Shown: positions 18,443 through 29,113 of the stretch, one piece after another
Position numbering within the stretch: the stretch's first letter is position 1
How the letters are laid out: each line of letters begins with the position of its first letter
Origin: an uncultured virus (IMG/VR IMGVR_UViG_3300029305_007860)
Lineage: Duplodnaviria; Heunggongvirae; Uroviricota; Caudoviricetes
Virus record (IMG/VR): IMGVR_UViG_3300029305_007860
Length of the DNA stretch: 64,000 nt
Strand: one strand, 5' to 3'
Translations under genes and position numbers: made by a program
The notes under the pieces: model-generated
The model's database searches: none
The model's input: only the letters and a program-made list of their open reading frames with translations
Told to the model about the DNA's origin: nothing

Positions 18443-20240
18443 AAATTGGATAAATAGAAGCGAATTAAATAGACAGGATATGATTAGGGTTGCTAATGAA
18501 TGTAGCATCTCTTTTCCTGCTTCAGCCATTTTGTGTAAGAGAGGGATAAAAGAACCTAAGTCTTTTATTTCTGAGGATGGATATAATATGTTTTCTCCTT
18601 TTTTGCTTCCAGATATGGAAAAAGCAGTTAATATATTATATGAAAACATTAAAATTGCTAAGTCTGAGGGAATTATTCTTAAAATCGGAATAGTGAATGA
18701 TTATGATGTCGATGGGGCAACAAGTGGGGTAATCATGACCGAATGTTGTGAATTTTTGGGAGTAGAGTCTTATATATTTACTCCAGATAGAGATATTGAT
18801 GGATATGGGATTAGTATTCGTCTTATTGACAAAGCTATATCTAACGGTTGCTCTATTATTATTACAACTGATAATGGAATATCTGCATTGGAGCAAATTA
18901 ATTATGCTAAAGAGAAAGGACTTATAGTTATTGTTACGGACCATCATGAGGTACCTTTTGTTATTAATAATAACGAAAAGGTACAAATACTACCTAATGC
19001 AGACGCTATTATAAATCCTAAGAGATTAGATTCTGTGTACCCTTTTAAAGAGATTTGTGGTGCGATGGTTGCATTAAAATTAGCAGATTGTCTTATAAGT
19101 AGTATTCCGGAGATTAATCCAGAAGAATATGACTATCTCATTTCTAAGTGGACTGAACTTGCAGGAATTGGAACCGTTTGTGATGTGATGCCATTAGTAA
19201 GTGAAAATAGAACAGTGGTAAAAAAAGCCTTAAAAAAAATAAAAAATGGTTCTTCATATATAGGAATTAGACAATTAATTAGAGTTCAGAATATAGATGT
19301 TCAGAGGTTTAATTCATATAATATAGGATTTGGTATTGGTCCTTGTATTAATGCTTGTGGAAGAATGACAGGAAACATAGATACAGCTATAGCTTTATTG
19401 TTGGAAAAAGACCATGTTAATGCCTATAAAATGGCAGAAATGTTAAAAGAATTAAACGAAGAAAGGAAAAAGGCGTCTATTGAGGGTGAGAAACTTGCTT
19501 TGAATATTGTAGACGAATTAGTTAAACAAAATCGTAAATTTTATATTATATATATTCCAAATTCTAATCCTCATATTATGGGAATAATAGCAGGGCGGGT
19601 AAAAGAGAATACTAATCATCCATGTATATGTTTAACAGATTCAGAACATGGAATATTAAAGGGTTCAGGAAGGTCTATAAAAGGATATGATATGTTTGAA
19701 AATATGTCAAAATATAAAGATTTATATGAATCCTTTGGTGGTCATGAATTGGCAATAGGAATATCTATAAAAAAGGAAAATCTTAATAAATTTATAGATG
19801 TTTTAAACCAAGACATTGAGAGCTTTGATGATGAAATTTTCACTTCTATGGAGTATATTGATTTATTTATGCCGGCTAGTAATATAAATGAACAATTTGT
19901 TAATGAATTAAGTTTGTTTGAACCTTTTGGAGCCGGAAATCCTTATCCTTTGCTTGTGAGTGAAAACGTTACATTAACAAAAGCAAGAAGAATTGGAAAA
20001 AATAAAGAATATTTATCTTTGGTTTTTGATGAAAAAGGAAAAAATTTAGATTCTGTTTATTTTGGGTCGGCAGATAAATTTGATGATTTTATAAGACAAA
20101 ACTTTGGTTCTGAGAATCTGGATTTATTATATTCTTGTAACTCTAATATTATTATTAATATTTTATATAAGCCTGTGATAAATGTTTGGAATGGCAAAAC
20201 ATCTATTCAAATACAACTTAAGGATTATAATGTAGTATAA
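18426..20240 (+). CDS. recJ: ssDNA-specific exonuclease RecJ
   Basis: DYDVDG, TDNG, TDHH, GTVCDVMPL, GSGRS, GGH, LFEPFGAGNP. Confidence 0.95.
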   Translation: MQSLNKNWINRSELNRQDMIRVANECSISFPASAILCKRGIKEPKSFISEDGYNMFSPFLLPDMEKAVNILYENIKIAKSEGIILKIGIVNDYDVDGATSGVIMTECCEFLGVESYIFTPDRDIDGYGISIRLIDKAISNGCSIIITTDNGISALEQINYAKEKGLIVIVTDHHEVPFVINNNEKVQILPNADAIINPKRLDSVYPFKEICGAMVALKLADCLISSIPEINPEEYDYLISKWTELAGIGTVCDVMPLVSENRTVVKKALKKIKNGSSYIGIRQLIRVQNIDVQRFNSYNIGFGIGPCINACGRMTGNIDTAIALLLEKDHVNAYKMAEMLKELNEERKKASIEGEKLALNIVDELVKQNRKFYIIYIPNSNPHIMGIIAGRVKENTNHPCICLTDSEHGILKGSGRSIKGYDMFENMSKYKDLYESFGGHELAIGISIKKENLNKFIDVLNQDIESFDDEIFTSMEYIDLFMPASNINEQFVNELSLFEPFGAGNPYPLLVSENVTLTKARRIGKNKEYLSLVFDEKGKNLDSVYFGSADKFDDFIRQNFGSENLDLLYSCNSNIIINILYKPVINVWNGKTSIQIQLKDYNVV

Positions 20241-20252
20241 GGAGATTATTTT

Positions 20253-20663
20253 ATGAACAATTTTGGGACGAATTTGGTTAATATTATAAATGAATTAAAT
20301 ATATCTATATCCGATGTATCAAATAAAACGGGAATATCACAAAATGTAATTGAATTTTATATAGAGAATAAAGTCATTCCTAAAGATGGGGGAAAACATT
20401 TAGCAACCGCGTTAAATGTTCCTTTATCTAAATTGTTTTGTATTAATGAGGAATGGAATACAGGTATTCCTAACCATGCCGATTGGGGAAATAATATGTT
20501 TTTGGGAAAACTTAATTTTACCCCTCATCAATCATTATATATGTATTTATTTTATGATAAATATGGATGGTATTTTAAAACATATACTTTATTTTCTCGA
20601 AACGAAATAGGAAAAACGTATATAAATAAAGATATTAATATAGAGTGGCAATATATAGATTAG
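20253..20663 (+). CDS. XRE HTH domain protein
   Basis: ISISDVSNKTGISQNVI..YIEN...P....LATALNVPLSKL. Confidence 0.7.
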   Translation: MNNFGTNLVNIINELNISISDVSNKTGISQNVIEFYIENKVIPKDGGKHLATALNVPLSKLFCINEEWNTGIPNHADWGNNMFLGKLNFTPHQSLYMYLFYDKYGWYFKTYTLFSRNEIGKTYINKDINIEWQYID

Positions 20664-20831
20664 ATATAATATTTTAAGAAAAATGAAGATGGAGAAATAC
20701 ATGAAATATAATTACCTTGAAAAGACCAGTTGAAAGAAGGAGTGGTATAATGCTTATAGGTGGAAAAGAGTATCAGATAGGAACCCATGTTCGTATAATA
20801 TCGAGAAAAGAAGAAGGGGGATTAACGGCAA

Positions 20832-21365
20832 ATGAGTAAATACAAATTAGGGGATAAGGTAAGAACGATTAAGGACAGAGATTGCAAAATAGGTATTATA
20901 ACAGATATTGATGAAGATGCAAGTTTCCCATATCAAGTTAGGGTAGGAGATGATGATAATTACTACTATTCAGAAGATATGCTTGAACCATACATAGAAA
21001 AAACCTATGATGACGGGCTCAGGGATGCTTGGGAGTTGGTGCGGAAAATATATGAAATGCCGAAAGCAGATTTGTATACCATTTTTAATACTGAAAAATG
21101 TTTAATAATTGATATTCTTACAGATTTTACGCCTCAGCAGGCTCTTGATAAAATCGCAGAGTATGAATCACATCAAATAAAGGTTGATGATGAAGTGGTT
21201 CACGAAGATGGTGCTTATGGTGTAGTTACCAGTTTTACAGATGGTCGGGCTCATGTGTTGTGGGAAGATGGAACTGTTACTACTGAAAGTTGTATGGATA
21301 AATTGCGAAAAACTGGGAAGAAATTAGGGGTTACGTCCTTACTTACTCAACTGGGAGAAAATTAG
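20832..21365 (+). CDS. Phage-like hypothetical protein with SH3-like segments
   Basis: MSKYKLGDKVR and IKVDDEVV beta-rich units; RBS present. Confidence 0.65.
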   Translation: MSKYKLGDKVRTIKDRDCKIGIITDIDEDASFPYQVRVGDDDNYYYSEDMLEPYIEKTYDDGLRDAWELVRKIYEMPKADLYTIFNTEKCLIIDILTDFTPQQALDKIAEYESHQIKVDDEVVHEDGAYGVVTSFTDGRAHVLWEDGTVTTESCMDKLRKTGKKLGVTSLLTQLGEN

Positions 21366-21387
21366 ATAAAGAAAGGAAATTTTGTTT

Positions 21388-21783
21388 ATGAATGAAGAGA
21401 AAAAAGATTTTGTTTTACCTATACTACTTGTTCTGCTTGTGATAATTGTTTTGTTTTTCAATAATGATAAGAAGACAGATTACAATGAATTGATTGCCAA
21501 CGGTTATACCCTGTCAGTGGATGGCGTTGAGCAGAACATGAAATATCTTACCAGAGATGATATTGAGTCCATTATATATAAAAATGGATATACTGTGGAG
21601 ATAATAGATTCCGAAAAACAGATTTTGGTTAATAAAATAGTGAAAACTCCGGAAGAGATTGAGGAAGAAGAAAAAATAATGAAGGTTCTGGATAAACTAA
21701 TTGTAATTGCTCCAACAATTCTCTTCGGAGCTGGTTTCGTTTTTATATCAATTAGGAAAATCTTCGGAAAAAATCCTTATTAG
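21388..21783 (+). CDS. Hypothetical two-TM membrane protein
   Basis: Hydrophobic helices at both termini; AAAGGA RBS. Confidence 0.65.
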   Translation: MNEEKKDFVLPILLVLLVIIVLFFNNDKKTDYNELIANGYTLSVDGVEQNMKYLTRDDIESIIYKNGYTVEIIDSEKQILVNKIVKTPEEIEEEEKIMKVLDKLIVIAPTILFGAGFVFISIRKIFGKNPY

Positions 21784-21976
21784 GAGAATATTTTCTAAAA
21801 ATAACGTATTATTTAACCGTTTTATCATTATAAACTTTATCTTATAAAAAAATAAAGACTTTAATCTAGGATTTAAATAAGGAGTGGATAAACCACTCCT
21901 TTAATAATTTTAAGAATTCTCTATGTTTTTTTCTATGCTTGTTTTTAATAGTAGTTATATATGAAGATGGAAGTAG

Positions 21977-22024
21977 AGTACACATCTTTTCGCAAAATGT
22001 CTGTTTTACGAAAAGATGTGTACT
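21977..22024. repeat. 16-bp perfect inverted repeat
   Basis: AGTACACATCTTTTCG ... CGAAAAGATGTGTACT. Confidence 0.85.
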
Positions 22025-22078
22025 TTTATTATATATTATGTTATAATATATAATAATTTAATTATTTGAGGTGTTGTT

Positions 22079-22303
22079 ATGAATTTTTCTGTTTATGTTT
22101 CTTTTTTTACTGATAAAGGATATTCTAATACAAAGATAGAACGTTTAAATAATACATTTGATAATTTTAGGGATGCATTTTTGTGTGCAAATACGTATTC
22201 TAAAAAGGATTTATTTGAATATTTCAAAATTTGTAATTCTTATAACAATAATCTTATTTATTATAAGGATTATAAAGGTATTATACAGGATAATTCTAAA
22301 TAA
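22079..22303 (+). CDS. Hypothetical small protein
   Basis: 74-aa ORF with GAGGTG RBS upstream of the recombinase. Confidence 0.55.
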   Translation: MNFSVYVSFFTDKGYSNTKIERLNNTFDNFRDAFLCANTYSKKDLFEYFKICNSYNNNLIYYKDYKGIIQDNSK

Positions 22304-22322
22304 ATGGACTGAGAGGTGAAAT

Positions 22323-23372
22323 ATGGCTGTATTATATAGAAATGAAATTGAAAAAAAACATATTGAAAAGATAAATAATATATTACTTCAAATGCCTTCG
22401 TTTGTAACGTCATACATACAACATATTCAATTTTCGACTACGGCACAAACAAGACTTGGTTATTTAACGGATATATTGCTTTTTTTTGAGTATATCGTAG
22501 ATGCAGACACAGGCTTTGCTCATGAGAAAGTTTCTGATATTTCATTGTCGTGTCTGGAAGGGCTTGATTTAGACTTTTATAATTCTTATTTGGGGTATTT
22601 GACATATTACGAAAAAAATGGCACCTTACGGTCAAATGATAGAGTCTCTATCCGCAGAAAGCTTTCTTCACTTCGTAATTTTTATAGTTTTTTGTATTTA
22701 AATGATTATATATCTGTTAATATAGTTCAGAAAATCAAAATTCCCAAAGTACAAAATAAAGAACTTATAAGAATGAATAAAGAGGAGACAGAAGAGTTTA
22801 TAGCGACTGTGGAATATGGTAATGGGAAATTATCTAAGAAAGAACAGGATTATTTTGACAAATACTCTCTTAGAGATTATATTATTATTACTCTTCTGCT
22901 TAGCTCTGGAATAAGAGTTTCAGAGTTGGTAGGATTAGATATTAATGATGTAGACCTAAAGCATTCAGGAATGAGAATTATTCGTAAAGGTGGTAAGGAA
23001 GATGTGGTGTATTTTAATGATGCTGTGACTAATCAGTTAAGGGATTATCTTGTTTATAGAAAATCCATAACCACTATATCCGGACATGAACAAGCTTTGT
23101 TTTTATCATCTCAAAGGAGAAGAATCTCTGTTAGAAGTGTAGAAATATTAGTAAAAAAATATTCATCCAGAACAGAATTGTTAAAAAAAATTACGCCTCA
23201 TAAATTACGCTCAACCTATGGAACAGCTTTGTATGAGGAAACTGGAGATTTATATTTGGTTGCTGAAGTATTAGGTCATAGTTCGGTAGAAACAACACGA
23301 AAACATTATACAGAAGTAACAAAACAACGTAAACACGAGAACCGTAATGCGGTTGATTTCTTATCTAAATAA
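22323..23372 (+). CDS. Xer-like tyrosine recombinase
   Basis: SGIRVSEL, RKGGK, TPHKLR, LGHSS, catalytic Y in TRKHY; N-terminal SAM-like domain. Confidence 0.92.
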   Translation: MAVLYRNEIEKKHIEKINNILLQMPSFVTSYIQHIQFSTTAQTRLGYLTDILLFFEYIVDADTGFAHEKVSDISLSCLEGLDLDFYNSYLGYLTYYEKNGTLRSNDRVSIRRKLSSLRNFYSFLYLNDYISVNIVQKIKIPKVQNKELIRMNKEETEEFIATVEYGNGKLSKKEQDYFDKYSLRDYIIITLLLSSGIRVSELVGLDINDVDLKHSGMRIIRKGGKEDVVYFNDAVTNQLRDYLVYRKSITTISGHEQALFLSSQRRRISVRSVEILVKKYSSRTELLKKITPHKLRSTYGTALYEETGDLYLVAEVLGHSSVETTRKHYTEVTKQRKHENRNAVDFLSK

Positions 23373-23425
23373 AAAATAAAGAGACAATTAGTAGTCTCTT
23401 TATTTTTTTTATATAATAGTATTAT

Positions 23426-23527
23426 TTATTCGTGCGTAGATTTCCATAGGTAAATTAAGAAAAATATTATAAAACCTAGTATAATAATTATAGAAACTAC
23501 GCTTGCTCCTTGTTGCCAAATATTCAT
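23426..23527 (-). CDS. 33-aa single-pass membrane microprotein
   Basis: MNIWQQGASVVSIIIILGFIIFFLIYLWKSTHE, GGAAGG RBS, between hup and the terminator. Confidence 0.55.
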   Translation of the reverse strand: MNIWQQGASVVSIIIILGFIIFFLIYLWKSTHE

Positions 23528-23561
23528 ATTAGAATTCCTTCCATGCACATTAATTTAGTTG

Positions 23562-23834
23562 CTATTTTATGGAATCTTTAAGTCCTTTACCTGCAACAAA
23601 TTTTGGAATTGTTCTTTCTGGGATTATTATTTCCTCTCCTGTTTTTGGATTTCTACCCTTCTTTTCTGCTCTTTTTGAAGTATCAAATGTTCCAAATCCT
23701 ATTAATTGAACTCTTTCACCCTTTTTTAGAGAACTTTTTACTTCATCAAAAAAGGCTTCGATGCATGAGTTTACATCTTTTTTTGCTACTCCTGTTGTTT
23801 CGGCTATGTTTCCTATTAATTCTTTTTTGTTCAT
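23562..23834 (-). CDS. hup: HU family DNA-binding protein
   Basis: MNKKELI, VQLIGFGTF, GRNPKTGEEI, PKFVAGKGLK. Confidence 0.97.
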   Translation of the reverse strand: MNKKELIGNIAETTGVAKKDVNSCIEAFFDEVKSSLKKGERVQLIGFGTFDTSKRAEKKGRNPKTGEEIIIPERTIPKFVAGKGLKDSIK

Positions 23835-23852
23835 GTAATATTTCCTCCTGTT

Positions 23853-24845
23853 TTAACCAAATAAGTTATAACTGATTTCGTATAACTTTCCATCTTCTTT
23901 GTTGTATTTTATAAATCTTCCATCATCTCCCAAGGCTCGATTCCTTATTCTTTCGAATGTAGTAATAAGGAATATATTGAGTTTTGACCCTGTTACAATG
24001 TTTTGTGCTAATGTAAATGCTAAATCATCATTATCCGTAATAAATACTAACATAGGAATTTTTTTAGTATCATTGAAATATCTCATCCATACTCTTGTAC
24101 AAAGTAATCCTTCCCACATTCTTATTTTTTTACGGATATTATCTATATTATCCTCCTTTCTTATAGTATCAAATATCATATATTCGTTTATACCATTAGC
24201 ATCTACAAATCCATAGTATGCATTGCATCTTAGAAATTCTTCTCTTAATGAAAATACTGGTTTTGGTTCAAAACTAATCATCTGAACTTTTGAGGTAATC
24301 ATATCTAAGTAAGTTTCATTCAGCATAATTTGAGATTCGATATTTTTTATACTTGTAAGATTATCTCCTGCTTCCCACTGTATAAACAATCTGTCTGAAT
24401 ATTCATCTAATATATATTTACCGCCTTGTTTGAGACAATAGAATAATTTTGCATCTGAAGGTTTTGCAATGTAATTTCCCGGCTTTCCAGAGCCCATTAT
24501 AAAAAATGCATTTATCATTCCAACACCGAGTAAATTTGTTATTCTACTTCTTGTTTCTTCAATACCCCTGCTATCACAAAATCTTTCTATCTGGTCTATA
24601 GTAGAAAATCTTGCTGTATAGATGTATTCAATTATTTGTATGTCTTCGTTGTCTACTGTCCCATTGTTTACTAACGCCATAATAGGAGTTTTTGCAACAG
24701 TTGAAAAATTATCTTTTAGAAATTGCTGATAATAATTTCTTTTTGTTTCTCTTTGACCTATAATATCTGTGTTTTTTATGTATATCATAGGTTTTCTTCC
24801 ACTTTCCTCTTTTGAAGATGTTTCTAATGCTCTATTATTATCCAT
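23853..24845 (-). CDS. Degenerate replication-relaxation-like (wHTH + nuclease-fold) protein
   Basis: IIEYIYTARFSTIDQI resembles the 6255-7508 N-terminus; C-terminal PMLVFITD; catalytic PD/ExD not evident. Confidence 0.5.
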   Translation of the reverse strand: MDNNRALETSSKEESGRKPMIYIKNTDIIGQRETKRNYYQQFLKDNFSTVAKTPIMALVNNGTVDNEDIQIIEYIYTARFSTIDQIERFCDSRGIEETRSRITNLLGVGMINAFFIMGSGKPGNYIAKPSDAKLFYCLKQGGKYILDEYSDRLFIQWEAGDNLTSIKNIESQIMLNETYLDMITSKVQMISFEPKPVFSLREEFLRCNAYYGFVDANGINEYMIFDTIRKEDNIDNIRKKIRMWEGLLCTRVWMRYFNDTKKIPMLVFITDNDDLAFTLAQNIVTGSKLNIFLITTFERIRNRALGDDGRFIKYNKEDGKLYEISYNLFG

Positions 24846-24861
24846 ATTTTTCTCCCCCTTA

Positions 24862-25674
24862 TTAAAAACTTGTATTGCTATTATTTATTATTGTATGAAT
24901 TCTACCATGTAAATGATATTTATCCTTAGTCTCGTCATGTTCAATTTTTCCGATTTTTACAGTGACTTCATCTCCGTTTTTTAGATATGGAAAATTTTGT
25001 GGGAAATAGCATCCGACTACTATATTTGAGCTAATAGTTACCGATACCCATTCAAAGTCCGGAGTGATATTTGTAACCTTTCCTTTGAAAAACTGTCCTT
25101 TTTTGATATCTTTAATATTATATAATTCTTTTCCTTTTCGTCTTTCTTCGGGTAGAAATACTATATTTCCGTTTAATGTAGTCTTTTTATATTTTACTTT
25201 TATTTTTGAATATTTGCTATAAATTTCTCTAATTTCTGTTCCATCATCTGAAAAATCATAATTTTTCATTAGACCTGAGAGTTTTCCGTCAATAGTTATG
25301 TATGCTCCAAATGGTGTTATATAGGTTATTATTCCTTCTAATACTTCACCTGCATATAATTTCTCAAGTATAGGTTTCTCTACTATCTCTTTTGCTTCTT
25401 TCATGGAACCATATACATTATTCTCAATAATTGCTTTTATCGTGAAATTAACTTTCTCTCCTATGTATGATTTCAAAGTTGCATAATGATGAGGCATTAC
25501 GATATCTTCTTCCTCTATTATTATTACTGAATCTAAGCAATGTACTAATAATCTTTTTTGTGTTGATTCTTCAGATAAGTTATAGTCTTCGCATGATGTA
25601 ACAAGTCCTTTTAATACTTTTTTTTCTGCTAATGCTTTTTCTAAATTTATTTTTATATTGACCGCTTTAGCCAT
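24862..25674 (-). CDS. S1 (OB-fold) repeat RNA-binding protein
   Basis: GEVLEGIITYITPFGAYI..LSGLM and KGQFFKGKVTNI S1-like repeats. Confidence 0.75.
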   Translation of the reverse strand: MAKAVNIKINLEKALAEKKVLKGLVTSCEDYNLSEESTQKRLLVHCLDSVIIIEEEDIVMPHHYATLKSYIGEKVNFTIKAIIENNVYGSMKEAKEIVEKPILEKLYAGEVLEGIITYITPFGAYITIDGKLSGLMKNYDFSDDGTEIREIYSKYSKIKVKYKKTTLNGNIVFLPEERRKGKELYNIKDIKKGQFFKGKVTNITPDFEWVSVTISSNIVVGCYFPQNFPYLKNGDEVTVKIGKIEHDETKDKYHLHGRIHTIINNSNTSF

Positions 25675-25895
25675 ACATATCCCCCTTTTCGTATTCTCTG
25701 TAATAGTATTTATTATAATATATTATTTTAAAGCTTTCAATGTTTTTAACTATTTTTGTAGTATTTTTTCTATTTTAATTGATTATTCGCTTGTTGTTTA
25801 TTATAATAATAGTATCTTTTAAAAAACATTTATGATATTTATTGTTGTTAATGTGATTTTAGGAATAATAGTATTTTTTACAAAGAAGGTATATT

Positions 25896-28157
25896 ATGGA
25901 TAATAAAAATTATTTTAATTTTGAATTTACATGCAAACATATTTTATATAGGAATCTCGAAAATGGTTTTTCTATTATGGATTGTAAAATTCTTCATCTC
26001 CCTGATACGGAAGTTTATGAACAAAAATCTATAGTAGTAAAAGGTACTTTTGAAAAATTAGAGGAAAATGATTCTTTTAGATGTTTTGCAAAATGGGTAG
26101 ATGATAAAAAGTATGGAAAACAAATAGAAGTTTTTATCCCTACTATGATTGCTTCTTCAGATATATCTGGAATAAAAAGGTTTTTAAGAAGATATATAAA
26201 GGGGCTTGGACCTGCATGTATTGAAAAAATTACATCATTATATGGAACCGATACTCTGGATAAAATTCGTGAATCTCCGCATAATTTAGAATGTATAAAG
26301 GGAATTTCGAGTAAAAAAGCAGAAATGATACATAATCAACTTCTTGAAAATGAGAAAATTGAAAAACTGTCATTATTCCTATTTAATTCGGGAGTATCTA
26401 ATTTTAATGATATAGTTACCATTTATGAAAATTTAGGAGACGATGCTCAAGATATGATATTGTCAAATCCTTATTGCTTATGTGATTATTTATCTATAAG
26501 TAAATTTTCTTTATCTGATACTATTGCTATTAATTTAGGGCATGATACAAATTCTTTGCTCAGGATATCAAAAATAATAAATTATTATTTATATTCTCAT
26601 TGTTATTCTTCAGGAGATATGTATGTAGAGAAAGACTATTTGTATTCTTCTCTTCCTCTTTTTATTAAAAAAAATCAAATTACACCTTTTATGCTTTCGA
26701 TAGATGTATTTAATAAAGCATTACAATACATGCAAGATATCAATTCGGTTGTAATTGATTCGTCTTCAAAAAGAGGTGATTTAGTTTATATCTCCTCATT
26801 ATATTCAGTAGAAGAAAAAACGGCACAGATAATAAAAAAGATTAATACAAGAAGAATTCTTCCAGTTGATGACTCTATTTATGATTCTTTTTTTGAGAAA
26901 TACACTGCTTCTCATGGTATAGAATCTGATGAAATTCAGAAAAAAGCCGTAAGATATGCATATGAGAACCGATTATCAGTTATTACCGGAGGACCGGGAA
27001 CAGGAAAAACACAGACTATTAATACTATTATTTCTTTTATTGAGGAAATAGACCCAGATTCTAATATAGCATTATGCTCTCCTACCGGAAGAGCATCTAA
27101 AAGAATATCTGAAGTTACTGGGAAAGAAGCTTTTACTATTCATAGGCTTTTAGGTATAGTTAATAATGATATTTCTGACAATTCCTGTTCGGATTTAGAT
27201 GTTGATTACTTAATATGTGATGAATGTTCTATGCTTGGTTCTGTATTATTTTATAAGCTTATTTTAGCTGTTTCTAATAGTGCTAATACATCCTTAATTC
27301 TAGTAGGTGATATAAACCAGCTCCCACCTGTTGATATAGGATTGCCTTTTAGAGATATTATAGAAAGCGGTAAGGTTCCTACTGTATGTTTGAAAACACT
27401 GTTCAGACAAGCGATTAATAGTCAGATATATAGAAATTCCAGATTACTATTAGACGGAGTTACTGATATTGGTATAAACGGGCTTACTTTTGATAAAACA
27501 AAACAGGATTGTTTTTTCTTTCAGTCAAATAATGTATCTTTTTCACAAACTCTTATATTAAAGAGTATTGAACAGTTATTAGCTTTAGGAATAAATTTTG
27601 ATGATATAATGGTTCTTTCTCCTACAAGAAAAACCGCTTTAGGTGTTGAAGAAATAAATAAATTAATCCAAGCACACTTTAATCCAGAATCTACAAATAC
27701 TCCTGAGTATCATTCTTCTAAATATATTCTTCGAGTAAATGATAGAGTAATGCAAACTTCTAATGATTATGAATTAGGTGTATTTAATGGAGATATAGGG
27801 ATAGTTACCTCTGTTGATATTGAAAATGAAACGTTAATAGTTACATATGATGACAGTTTTCTTGAAAATGGTTTTTTAATTGAACAGAAAAAAGAGGTTT
27901 TATATGAATTTTCATATGCAAAAGAGTTAGAACTAGCATATGCTACAACAGTTCATAAGGCTCAGGGTTCTGAATATCCTGTAGTTATTATGCCTCTTTC
28001 TAACATGTTTTATAATTTATCGAGGACTATATTATATACTGCTTTTACAAGAGCTAAAAAACGTCTAGTCTGCATAGGCGAAGTATCTGCTCTGGTTCAG
28101 GGAATAAAAAAATCGGATAATCTTCATAGAAGAACATTATTAAAGGAACGTATATAG
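25896..28157 (+). CDS. recD2: RecD2-like SF1B helicase
   Basis: HhH IKGLG/IKGIS, TGGPGTGKT, SPTGRAS, VGDINQLPPV, FNGDIG, AYATTVHKAQGSEY. Confidence 0.93.
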   Translation: MDNKNYFNFEFTCKHILYRNLENGFSIMDCKILHLPDTEVYEQKSIVVKGTFEKLEENDSFRCFAKWVDDKKYGKQIEVFIPTMIASSDISGIKRFLRRYIKGLGPACIEKITSLYGTDTLDKIRESPHNLECIKGISSKKAEMIHNQLLENEKIEKLSLFLFNSGVSNFNDIVTIYENLGDDAQDMILSNPYCLCDYLSISKFSLSDTIAINLGHDTNSLLRISKIINYYLYSHCYSSGDMYVEKDYLYSSLPLFIKKNQITPFMLSIDVFNKALQYMQDINSVVIDSSSKRGDLVYISSLYSVEEKTAQIIKKINTRRILPVDDSIYDSFFEKYTASHGIESDEIQKKAVRYAYENRLSVITGGPGTGKTQTINTIISFIEEIDPDSNIALCSPTGRASKRISEVTGKEAFTIHRLLGIVNNDISDNSCSDLDVDYLICDECSMLGSVLFYKLILAVSNSANTSLILVGDINQLPPVDIGLPFRDIIESGKVPTVCLKTLFRQAINSQIYRNSRLLLDGVTDIGINGLTFDKTKQDCFFFQSNNVSFSQTLILKSIEQLLALGINFDDIMVLSPTRKTALGVEEINKLIQAHFNPESTNTPEYHSSKYILRVNDRVMQTSNDYELGVFNGDIGIVTSVDIENETLIVTYDDSFLENGFLIEQKKEVLYEFSYAKELELAYATTVHKAQGSEYPVVIMPLSNMFYNLSRTILYTAFTRAKKRLVCIGEVSALVQGIKKSDNLHRRTLLKERI

Positions 28158-28285
28158 AAAGGAAGGGGTGTATCTTGAATATATACATATCACAATACTC
28201 TCTACTATTTATAATACTATTACTACTAGACAGTTTTTGTAGGAGTTATAAGTTTTTTTATGAATTCTAATCAAGGAGGAATTTT

Positions 28286-28915
28286 ATGAAAAATATATCA
28301 GATATTACAGAAAATGAGATTGTAAACGAGTTACTTACTAACAAATTAGGTATATTATTATTAAAAACTACTGATAAAAACTTCTATAATATTTTATCAA
28401 GATACAACTCAAATTACAACAATTGTACTTCAACACAAAACGTTTGTGCAAACGAAAATTATGTAACATATTTATTATATCCTTTATTATACAGTATAGA
28501 GATAGATGATTTTACAAATGAACAAACACAAAAAATAGTTTTTATCAGAAATAAAGCTATTTATGATATTTTTTTACGATGGACTAACGCTGGATACAAT
28601 AAGCATCATGCAAAAGACCCTTATAATTGTAAAAAATTTATGAACTACCTTAATAACATCAAATTCAATAAGGCAGATTATGTATTAATAAAAATAAATG
28701 ATTACAAAGTGTCAGAACAGGAAAAAACTTTAATTAAATTACATGATTTAGGATTCAGTATTGATAGCGAACAGGATTTTCTTATTCCTATTCCTGATTC
28801 CTTAACTGACAATCATTTTCCATTAACTTTAGTTAACTCTCTTACTGACGAAAAAATTACAGTTAACTCATGGAACGAACTTGAAGATATTCTTACATAT
28901 AAGATGAGTTCATAA
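28286..28915 (+). CDS. Hypothetical protein
   Basis: 209-aa ORF with AAGGAGG RBS. Confidence 0.7.
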   Translation: MKNISDITENEIVNELLTNKLGILLLKTTDKNFYNILSRYNSNYNNCTSTQNVCANENYVTYLLYPLLYSIEIDDFTNEQTQKIVFIRNKAIYDIFLRWTNAGYNKHHAKDPYNCKKFMNYLNNIKFNKADYVLIKINDYKVSEQEKTLIKLHDLGFSIDSEQDFLIPIPDSLTDNHFPLTLVNSLTDEKITVNSWNELEDILTYKMSS

Positions 28916-28928
28916 TTTTATATTAAAA

Positions 28929-28959
28929 AGGGAGAAAATACGACTTTGGTCGTGAGGAT
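28929..28959 (+). mobile_element. Degenerate IS200/IS605-end-like hairpin
   Basis: AGGGAGAAAATACGACTTTGGTCGTGAGGA, related to copies at 33.1 and 37.8 kb. Confidence 0.45.
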
Positions 28960-29113
28960 AAATGCTTGTAATAAGATGTAAAAAACATATATATTAGAAT
29001 AACACGTAAATATATATGTTTTTTTATTGCCTCTTTATTCATGTTATATTATAATAAAAACAAAGCAAAGAATACGGAATACACATATTTCAAAGAAAGG
29101 AATTGATGGATTT

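Noticed and set aside
21366..21377. 12-nt match (ATAAAGAAAGGA) to the spacer complement at the RBS of orf21388; same 12-mer at ~34728
   Set aside because: First seed base mismatched and distal part unmatched; expected by chance in AT-rich DNA
21790..22046. dif-like sites near the recombinase
   Set aside because: Arm and spacer geometry do not fit an 11-6-11 site convincingly
24153..24162. 10-nt seed match CTCCTTTCTT to the guide
   Set aside because: Inside a CDS, too short and PAM unknown
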